From Octopus sinensis (taxonomy: Eukaryota): 64,000 nucleotides of DNA. The notes under the pieces were generated by a model. That model did not search any database, had not been told where the DNA came from, and saw only the letters and a program-made list of their open reading frames with translations. The stretch spans positions 34,472,001-34,536,000 of the forward strand of contig NC_043002.1 in assembly GCF_006345805.1 (NCBI RefSeq). Direction: 5' to 3'. The position numbers and the translations under genes were made by a program. Below, piece after piece: positions 54,747-64,000 of the stretch; the first letter of the stretch is position 1; each line of letters opens with the position of its first letter.

Positions 54747-55856
54747 ACATATTATTTTCTTGCAATACCATTTTTTTTTTCTCGTAGTCGAATACATTTT
54801 CACCCTGCTACTGTTACAATTGTTTTTCCCTTTTGGCTCAATCTTTTCTGGCTGCCCATCACATTTTCCAGCTTGGCAATGTCATTCTGGTCTTTCGAAA
54901 TATTTTTACTCTCTTCTATTTCCATTAGCATTCAGTCTTTTGCTCTTTTATTCCTACCACGCTGTCATCATCTTCGGCCACAGTCTAATGACTGAAACAA
55001 GTAAAATTTAAACATTCTCACAAGTAAATTATCTGGCTGCCCTGGCAATTCTGTGAAGCATGGGTATAGATCTCTGACTACAGTTTTCATCTACAAACTA
55101 ACATATATTTACATCGTACTAGATCCATTTCAGCCATCTAAAATGACACACAGTAGCTCCTCTTAAATTGTCATGTATTTTCATATATCAAACTTCGTTG
55201 CACCACTGGTAACACATTAAGAACAAGACCACTGATTATTACATTTTAAGATATTATGATATTAGTGCCAGAAAACAAGATATAGGATCTTTACCTTTTG
55301 ACCTACAGATTTAAAAAAAATTTTTTCTAACTAAACACTTTCAAACTTCGGACACTGGTAGAATGTGTCATATAAAACATGTTTTACTCTTAGCATTTTT
55401 GAGAAAAACTTATATTTACGAAGAATTTTGATAATTTCAAGCAATCGATGACGTGTATTCAGATAAATAAAATGACTGCTGTTGTTTATCAACAAGAAAT
55501 TCCGGTGGTGTATATTTCGTTTGTCACTGCTATTTATGACAACCCTAACTCAAAACCCCAAACCCTACCTTAAAACCTTAACGCTAACCCTAACCCTAAC
55601 GCTAAAACCCTAGTTGTCGACGATACACCACAGACAATGCTTTTATGAGTTTCATAAAATGCGTTGTCGAGTTATATCTAAGGAATGCCAATATATGATA
55701 TGTAGGATTATAACGATCTGAGATTGTGTAATGGAACTGTAGCCATTGCCAGTAGTATTGTATGTATGTATGAATGTTTGTATGTATGTACATATGTATA
55801 TTGTAGCTAAGTTCAAAAGATTTAATCTATCTAAATTTTCGTTGATGTACTTGTCA

Positions 55857-55948
55857 GCCCGCATAGCTCAGTCGGTAGAGCATCAGACTTTTAAGAACTG
55901 TCAAGTGATGAAATCTGAGGGTCGCGGGTTCAAGTCCCTCTGCGGGCG
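55857..55948 (+). tRNA. tRNA-Lys(UUU) with 19-nt intron (55894-55912), copy 4, intact
   Basis: Exons identical to copy 1; intron AGAACTGTCAAGTGATGAA; T4 about 10 nt downstream. Confidence 0.92.
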
Positions 55949-56145
55949 ACGATTTCTCTTTTGGAAATTGTCCCTGAAGAAATACCTAATTCACTGGTTT
56001 CAAATGTGATCATTTACATTTCTTTAATTGAATTGATTTGGTGTGGAAACAGCTGCAAGTAGGAATTTCTCTGCAGGAATCCGAATTTCTTTGAATAAAT
56101 AACTTCTGTACTTCATTTTTTTCTCTCTTCTTTTTGACATATTTA

Positions 56146-56220
<75 letters not shown>

Positions 56221-56223
56221 TTG

Positions 56224-56278
<55 letters not shown>

Positions 56279-56787
56279 ATATATATGTATGTAAAGTATA
56301 TGTATACATATATACGCATTGACACACGCAACATACATACACAAAGATAACTGCGCCCTCATACATACATACATCATATACATGCACACTCTTTGGTCAC
56401 ATACACTAACACACACACACACACGTTATATACGCACAAACTCACGCACGTCAGAGTTACTCACCCCTATTCACACACACTTGCTCACTCACACACACCA
56501 TTCTCGCATAAACACACACGCACGCGCCCCTTCTCTTCTTGCCATCACTAGCACTTTATTATCATTAAACCTCTTTCTTAATTATTATCTCGCTTCCTTT
56601 CAACCTCTTTTTTTCTCCAATAAATCGCCATGTTGGACCGCTGAAATCTACAAGATTTTTTTCATTGTTTTTCTTTCTCTGTTTATTTTCTCTTATCCCT
56701 TTCTATTGAAGAGCGTAGGCGCGAAACGTAAAGCACATTTTCATTTTCCCCAGCGTCAAACAAATACACTTCCTTGTTGTTCTTATA

Positions 56788-56821
<34 letters not shown>

Positions 56822-57024
56822 TGTGTGTGTGTGCGTGCGTGCGTGTGTGTGTGTATGTAGTAGTAGTCCACTGTTGTCCACTCATCTGCAATGAGTATTT
56901 CTGCAATGGACTGGCATCTCATTGAGGAGCATTTGCAGTAATACGGTCACCTACACGCCATAGAGACGAGGTAACTGCCCCCTTGAATCCTAGAACTCTC
57001 GACAGCAATGTTCGAGTGGTGATA

Positions 57025-57056
<32 letters not shown>

Positions 57057-57467
57057 GATAGAGGTGGTAGTGGTGGTGTTGGATGGCGGGGGAGATATTG
57101 CGTGATGCAACTGAAATAACTGATGGCTATATTATACCAGCTGCGTACTGGGGTCGATCTTTTCGACTCGCGCCGTCCACAAAAATGTCGGGCCTTGTGC
57201 CTAGAGTAGAAAAGATTATAATTGAAAGTGAGTAGTGTATATACATTTTGAATGACCAATATTACTTTATCAGGATGGGACTTGATGAGTGAACGAATTA
57301 CTACATTAAATATCAGTAGTAAATGTGAAGGAATTATTAGTAATCACTACGGGGTGACATAAGATATCAGATGACAGCTTTATACAACAATCGTTTCAGT
57401 TAACAAGGAATGTCTAGCTAAGTCCATAATATTTCATTTGTCTAAAAGTTTAACCGGACGAACGGAA

Positions 57468-57559
57468 GCCCGCATAGCTCAGTCGGTAGAGCATCAGACT
57501 TTTAAGAACTGTCGAGTAATGAAATCTGAGGGTCGCGGGTTTAAGTCCCGCTGCGGGCG
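57468..57559 (+). tRNA. tRNA-Lys(UUU) with intron, copy 5, B-box variant (C56T; T64G)
   Basis: T loop TTTAAGT instead of TTCAAGT; T stem GCGGG/CCCGC fully paired; intron AGAACTGTCGAGTAATGAA. Confidence 0.75.
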
Positions 57560-58377
57560 ACATATTATTTTCTTGCAATGCCATTTTTTTTTCTCGTAGT
57601 CGAATACATTTTCACTCTGCTACTGTTACAATTGTTTTCCCTTTTGGCTCTATCTTTTCTTGCTGCCCATCACATTTTCCAGTTTGGCAATGTCATTCCG
57701 GTCTTTCGATATATTGTTACGCTCTTCTATTTCCATTAGCATTCAGTTTTTTGCTGTTTTATTCCTACCGCGCTATGTCATCATATTTGGCCACAGTCTA
57801 ATGACTGAAACAAGTAAAATTTAATCATTGTCACAAGTAAATTAACTGACGGCCCTGGCAATTCTGTGAAGCATGGATAGAGATCTCTGACTACAGTTTT
57901 CATCTACAAACAAACGTATATTTACATCGTACTAGATCCATTTCAGCTATCTAAAATCACACACAATAGCTCCTCTTAAATTTTCATGTATTTTCATATA
58001 TCAAACTTCGTTGCACCACTGGTAACACATTAAGAACAAGACCACTGATTATTACATTTTAAGATATTATGATATTAGTGCCAGAAAACAAGATATAGGA
58101 TCTTTACCTTTTGACCTACAGATTTAAAAAATAATTTTTTCTAACTAAACACTTTCAAACTTCGGACACTGGTAGAATGTGTCATATAAAACATGTTTTA
58201 CTCTTAGTATTTTTGAGAAAAACTTATATTTGCGAAGATATTTCACCTTAAAGTTCTCGTGTTTCGATAATTTCAACCAATCGATAACGTGTATTCAGCT
58301 GAATAAAATTACTGCTGTTATTTGTCAGCAAGAACTTCCGGTGGTGTATATTTCGTTTGTCACTGCTATTTATGACA

Positions 58378-58465
58378 GCCCTCACCCTAAAACCCGAACC
58401 CTAACCCTAAAACCTTAACCCTAACCCTAAAACCTTAACCCAAAAACCCTAACCCTAAAACCCTA
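58378..58465. repeat. Degenerate (TAACCC)n telomere-like tract (paralog at ~55551-55613)
   Basis: AACCCTAACCCTAAAACCTTAACCCTAACCCTAAAA... Confidence 0.8.
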
Positions 58466-58721
58466 TATGGCGACGAAACGCCACAGACATTCTTTTAATG
58501 AATTTCGTAAAATGCGTTGTCGAGTTATATCGAAAGAATGCCAATATGTGTTATGTAGGATTATAACGATCTGAGATTGTGCAATGGAACTGTAACCATT
58601 ACATGTAGTATTGTATGTATGTATGTATGTATGTATGTATGTTTCCATGTATGTACGTATGTTTATACTAGCTAAGTTCAAAAGATTTAATCTATCTAAA
58701 TTTTCGTTGGTGTAATTGTCT

Positions 58722-58813
58722 GCCCGCATAGCTCAGTCGTTAGAGCATCAGACTTTTAAGAAGTGTCAAGTGATGAAATCTGAGGGCCGCGGGTTCAAGT
58801 CCCTCTGCGGGCG
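58722..58813 (+). tRNA. tRNA-Lys(UUU) with intron, copy 6, A-box variant (G19T; T47C)
   Basis: D loop AGTCGTTA instead of AGTCGGTA; intron AGAAGTGTCAAGTGATGAA; no T4 until 58889. Confidence 0.72.
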
Positions 58814-59032
58814 ACGATTTCTTTCTTTCGAAAATGTCCCTGAAGAAATACCTAATTGACTGGTTTCAAATGTGATAATTTAAATTTCTTTTATTGTATT
58901 GATTTGGTGTGGAAACAGCTGCAAGCAGGAATTTCTCTGCAGGAATTCGAATTTCTTTGAATAGATAACTTCTGTACTTCTTTTTTCTTCCATCTTCTTT
59001 TTGTCATATATATATATATATATATGTATGTG

Positions 59033-59090
<58 letters not shown>

Positions 59091-59354
59091 AAGAATAGTC
59101 AATATACATTAGCGTGAGCATACAGAGTGACCCCATAAAGACACAGCCAATTGTTAATATATGGGCATTCCTTCGATATGACTCGACGACATCGGGCATT
59201 TCCGAATTCAAAGAAATTCGAATTCATGCGAAGAAATTCCTGCTTGCAGCTGTTTCCACATCCAATCAATTGAATTATAGAAATTTGAATTCCCATATTT
59301 GAAACCAGTCAATTGGTTATTTCTTCTGGGACAATTTCTAAACAGAAAACTCGT

Positions 59355-59395
59355 CGCCCGCAGAGGGACTTAAACCCGCGACCCTCAGATTTCAT
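59355..59395 (-). pseudogene. Inverted 3' half of tRNA-Lys(UUU) gene (exon 2 plus last 5 nt of intron)
   Basis: Reverse complement reads ATGAA-ATCTGAGGGTCGCGGGTTTAAGTCCCTCTGCGGGCG; no 5' exon upstream on the minus strand. Confidence 0.9.
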
Positions 59396-59409
59396 CTGAG
59401 TATTGTTTG

Positions 59410-59650
59410 TGTATGTATGTATGTATGTATGTATGTATGTATGTATGTATGTATGTATGTATGTATGTATGTATGTATGTATGTATGTATGTATGTATGT
59501 ATGTATGTATGTATGTATGTATGTATGTATGTATGTATGTATGTGTGCATGTATGTATGTATGTATGTATGCATGCATGCATGCATGCATGCATGTATGT
59601 ATGTATGTATGTATGTATGTATGTATGTACGTATGTATGTACGTATGTAT
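59410..59650. repeat. (TATG)n microsatellite between the inverted half-tRNA and copy 7
   Basis: Direct reading. Confidence 0.97.
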
Positions 59651-59707
59651 CTAGTAGCTAAGTTCAAAAGATTTAATCTATCTAAATTTTCCATGACTCG
59701 TATGTCA

Positions 59708-59799
59708 GCCCGCAGAGCTCAGTCGGTAGAGCATCAGACTTTTAAGAACTGCCGTGTTATGAAATCTGAGGGTCGCGGGTTCAAGTCCCTCTGCGGCCG
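59708..59799 (+). pseudogene. tRNA-Lys(UUU) with intron, copy 7, probably defective (T8G, G71C)
   Basis: GCCCGCAGAGC start (U8 lost); acceptor 3' strand TGCGGCC breaks C2:G71; intron AGAACTGCCGTGTTATGAA. Confidence 0.75.
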
Positions 59800-60593
59800 A
59801 CAAATTTTCTTTTGGAAATTGTTGCAGAAGAAATGACCAATTGACTGGTTGGTTTTATATTTGCTGGATGGTTTTATATTTACAGATATGTATTGGTATG
59901 TTTATATGTACAGATAATTACTAGCATGTTACATGTTTTTATGAATCAAATATCATATAAAAGCGCTTTCGTCCACCCTGTGGAGTTTTCAAATTGAACT
60001 TTTGCAGGAATTTTGTCTCCTTATATAGTATTATTGAGTGTGTAGGGGCGGGGAGAGATATAAGATACTACAAGAGGGTGAAGAATGGGGAGAAAGTGAG
60101 TGAGAGAGAGAGAGATCGTGTGTGGTTTTGTATCTTAAAGAAGTGTTAAAGAAAAAGAGAAGGAAAGAAAGAAGAAGGAGAGAAAGAAGAAAAAATTGCT
60201 GATATCTTTGCAGCTGGTCAGTCTTTCAATGGTAAGTGATTCTTAGTTTTTAGAAATGGCAAACCCAGCTGGTCACTCCAAGCGGAGCAAAATGTCACTT
60301 TTAAAGAAATTGTCTGGATTTCTTTCATATTATTGTCTTGTGAGAGAGAGAGAGAGAGAGAGAGAGCGTGTGTTTTGGTGTCTGTGTATCTGAAAGGAAG
60401 TGTCAAATGGGAAAGGGGAATGAAAGGAAGGAGGAGGAGGAGGGAAACAAGAAAAGAAAATGTGTTTACAATTTTGCAACTGGTGAGTCTTTCAATCCAA
60501 TGTTTGATACCTGTGCTGATATGGGATGGAGAATCTGGATGAAAGAGTGTTTTTATTTATGTATATGTACATATGTGTAGTACTGTTTGTGTG

Positions 60594-60650
<57 letters not shown>

Positions 60651-60729
60651 AATACAATTTACTTTACAAAAGTGGTCCTTCATCTAGTACAAAATATTAG
60701 AGAAATATTTTCAGCCATTTAATTTGCTG

Positions 60730-60969
60730 GGGAACTTTGTTATGAAGTATTTTTCCATATTTCTCCTGAAGGAGGTGTCATTCTTTGGACATTTGTAGAA
60801 GGGAAAGATCTTAAATTTTCCTTCTCCACATGTTTCTAGGTGTTTCGCTGAGTAAATACCCAGATACATGTGGAGAAGGAAAATTTAAGATCTTTTCCTT
60901 CTACAAATGTCCAAAGAATGACACCTCTTTCAGGAGAAATATGGAAAAATACTTCATAACATAGTTCTC
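60730..60969. repeat. ~240-bp imperfect palindrome (foldback), copy A
   Basis: ~100-bp arms GAACTTTGTTATGAAG...CCACATGT / ACATGTGG...CTTCATAACATAGTTC around a partly self-complementary 32-nt core. Confidence 0.92.
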
Positions 60970-61395
60970 GTGTCCCAACTGAAACAGATGAGGGCTATAT
61001 TATACCTGTTTCTTTATTACCCACAAGGGGCTAAACATAGGCATAGGTACAGTGCTATATTATACAACCTGCGCACTGGGGTCGATCTATTCGACTGGCC
61101 CCCTCCACAAAAATGCCGGGCCTTGTGCCTAGGGTAGAAAAGATTATAATTGAAAGAGAGTAGTGTATATACATTTTGAATGACCAATTTGACTTTACCA
61201 GGATGGGACTTGATGAGTGAACGAATTACTACATTAAATATCAGCAGTAAATGTGAAGGAATTATTAGTAATCACTACGAGGTGACGTAAGATACCAGAT
61301 GACGGCTTTATACAACAATCGTTTCAGTTAACAAGGAATGTGTAGCTAAGTCCATAATATTTCAATCGTCTAAAAGTTAAACTGGGCGGCCGGAA

Positions 61396-61487
61396 GCCCG
61401 CATAGCTCAGTCGGTAGAGCATCAGACTTTTAAGAACTGTCGAGTTATGAAATCTGAGGGTCGCGGTTTTAAGTCCCTCTGCGGGCG
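61396..61487 (+). pseudogene. tRNA-Lys(UUU) with intron, copy 8, probably defective (G53T, C56T)
   Basis: B box reads GCGGTTTTAAGT; intron AGAACTGTCGAGTTATGAA. Confidence 0.75.
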
Positions 61488-62348
61488 ACATATTATTTTC
61501 TTGCAATACCATTTCTTTTTTCTCGTGGTCGAATACATTTTCACCCTGTAACTCTAACATTTGTTTTCCCTTTTTGCTCATTCCTTTCTTGCTGCCCATC
61601 ACATTTTCCAGCTTGGCAATGTCCTTCCGGTCTTTCGAAATATTTTTACGCTCTTCTATTTCCATTAGCAGTCAGTCTTTTGCTGTTTTATTCCTACCAC
61701 GATATGTCATCATCTTCGGCCACAGTCTAATGACTGAAATAAGTAAAATTTAATCATTGTCACAAGTAAATTAACTGACGGTCCTGGTAATTCTATGAAG
61801 CATTGTTATAGATCTCTGACTACAGTTTTCATCTATCAAGAAGCATACAATTACATGGTACTAGATCCATTTCAGCCATCAAAAATCACACACAATGGCT
61901 CCTCTTAAATTATCATGTATTTTCATATATTAAACTTCGTTGCACCACTGCTGCGCATTAAGAACAACACTATTGATTATTTAAGATATTATGATATTAG
62001 TGCCAGAAAACAAGATATATAGAGAGATAGATATCCTTTGGTAAAGAATGAAAATCACACTCACACATTTAATAGAAACCTGTAAAGAATAGTCAATATA
62101 CATTAGCGTGAGCATGCAGAGTGACCCCATGAAGACACAGCCAATTGTTAAAATATGGGCATTCCCTCGATATAACTCGACGACGTTGGGCATTTCCGAA
62201 TTCAAAGAAATTCGAATTGATGCAGAGAAATTCCTGCTTGCAGCTGTTTCCACATCCAATCAATTGAATTATAGAAATTTAAATTCCCATACTTGAAACC
62301 AGTCAATTGGTAATTTCTTCTGGGACAATTTCCAAAAAGAAAACTCGT

Positions 62349-62388
62349 TGCCCGCAGAGAGACTTAAAACCGCGACCCTCAGATTTCA
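62349..62388 (-). pseudogene. Second inverted 3' half of tRNA-Lys(UUU) gene
   Basis: Reverse complement TGAA-ATCTGAGGGTCGCGGTTTTAAGTCTCTCTGCGGGCA; truncated inside the intron. Confidence 0.88.
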
Positions 62389-62435
62389 AGTTCAAAAGAT
62401 TTAATCTATTTAAATCATCATTGAATCGCATGTCA

Positions 62436-62527
62436 GCCCGCATAGCTCAGTCGGTAGAGCATCAGACTTTTAAGAACTGCCGTGTTATGAAATCTGAGGG
62501 TCGCGAGTTCAAGTCCCTCTGCGCGCG
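62436..62527 (+). pseudogene. tRNA-Lys(UUU) with intron, copy 9, probably defective (G52A, G70C)
   Basis: T stem GCGAG; acceptor 3' strand TGCGCGC breaks C3:G70; intron AGAACTGCCGTGTTATGAA. Confidence 0.75.
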
Positions 62528-63070
62528 ACGAATTTTCTTTTGGAAATTGTCGCAGAAGAAATGTCCAATTAACTGGTTGGTTTTATATTTGCTGGATGAT
62601 TTTATATTTACAGATATTTATTAGTATGTTACATTTTTTATGAGTCATATATCATATAAAAGCTCTTTCGTCCACTCTAGTGGAGTTTTCAAATTGAACT
62701 TTTGCAGGAATTTTTTCTCCTTTTATAGTATTATTGAGTGTGTAGGGGCGGGGAGTGATATATGATGCTACAAGAGGGTGAAGAATGGGGAGAAAGTGAG
62801 AGATAGTGAGAGAGAGAGATCGTGTGTGCTTTTGTATCTTAAAATAGTGTTAAAGAAAAAGAGAAGGAAAGGAAGAAAGAGAAAGAAGAAAAAATTTGCT
62901 GATATCTTTGCAGCTGGTCAGTCTTTCAATGGTAAGTGATTCTTGGCTTTTAGAAATGGCAAACCCAGCTGGTCACTCCAAGCGGAGCAAAATGTCACTT
63001 TTCAAATAATTATCTGGATTTCTTTTTTATCATTGTCTTGTGAGAGAGAGAGAGAGAGAGAGAGAGAGTG

Positions 63071-63141
<71 letters not shown>

Positions 63142-63495
63142 TGTGCGTGTATGTGCGCGCGTGTGGGTGGGTGTCTGTGTATCAGAAAGGTATGTCCAAT
63201 GGGAAAGGGGAATGAAAGGAAGGAGGAGGAGTGAAAGAAGAAAAAATGTGTTTACAATTTTGCAACTGGTGAGTCTTTCAATCCAATGTTTGATACCTGT
63301 GCTGATATGGGATGGAGAATCTGGATGAAAGAGTGTTTTTATTTACGTATATGTACATATGTGTAGTACTGTTTGTGTGTGTGCGCGCGCGCGTGTGTGT
63401 GTGTGTGTGTGTGTTTAATACAATTTACTTTACAAAATTTGTCCTTCATCTAGTACAAAATATTATATAAACATTTTCAGCCATTTCATTTGGTG

Positions 63496-63734
63496 GAGAA
63501 CTTTGTTATGAAGTATTTTTCCATATTTCTCCTGAAGGAGGTGTCATTCTTTGGACATTTGTAGAAGGGAAAGATCTTAAATTTCTTTCTCCACGTGTAT
63601 CTGGGTATTTACTCAGTGAAACACCTAGATACATGTGGAGAAGGAAAATTTAAGATCTTTCCCTTCTACAAATGTCCAAAGAATGGCGCCTCCTTCAGGA
63701 GAAATATAGAAAAATGCTTCATAACATAGTTCTC
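63496..63734. repeat. ~240-bp imperfect palindrome, copy B (core inverted relative to copy A)
   Basis: Same arms; core ATCTGGGTATTTACTCAGTGAAACACCTAGAT is the reverse complement of the copy A core with 2 differences. Confidence 0.92.
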
Positions 63735-64000
63735 GTGATGCAACTGAAACAGATGAGGGCTATATTATACAAGCTGCGCACTGGGGTCGATCTATTCGAC
63801 TGGCCCACTCCACAAAAACATCGGGCCTTGTGCCTAGAGTAGAAAATATTATAATTGAAAGTGAGTAGTGTATATACATCTTGTACGACAAGTATGACTT
63901 TACCAGGATGGGACTTGATGAGTGAACGAATTACTATATTAAATATCAGTAGTAAATGTGAAGGAATTATTAGTAATCACTACGAGGTGACATAAGACTT

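Larger units (their letters stand above)
53340..64000 (+). repeat. Tandem segmental array of tRNA-Lys-containing units (~2.7-2.9 kb periods), continuing past the window end
   Basis: Flank blocks recur around the tRNAs: offsets 54655>57468 (2813), 55857>58722 (2865), 59708>62436 (2728), 61201>63906 (2705). Confidence 0.9.

Overview
AT-rich, microsatellite- and SINE-dense animal genomic DNA. The SINE types and repeat load suggest an octopod cephalopod, but that is an inference. I found no convincing host protein-coding gene: nearly all ORFs in the track are microsatellite read-outs or transposon remnants. The standout feature is a family of tRNA-Lys(UUU) genes that each carry a 19-nt intron at the canonical 37/38 position. 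One copy is isolated at 35615, and eight more full-length copies plus two inverted 3' halves form a tandem segmental array from 53368 that runs off the right edge. All nine full-length copies keep the intron length and the C32:G anticodon-intron pair. They also keep a motif at exactly -27 (all nine) and one at -51 (intact in seven, partial in two), while the rightmost copies carry structure-breaking substitutions. Two array units contain a ~240-bp palindrome whose core is inverted between the units. Also present: a tRNA-Phe-derived pseudogene with a GCA anticodon, an intact-ended Tc1 abutting an intact-ended hAT, RLE, RTE, CR1 and L1/Tx1 retrotransposon fragments, a gag-only ORF1-like element bracketed by TATA/Inr, AATAAA and a 23-bp direct repeat, hammerhead-like motifs and several isolated hairpins. 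Coordinates of degenerate repeats are approximate.
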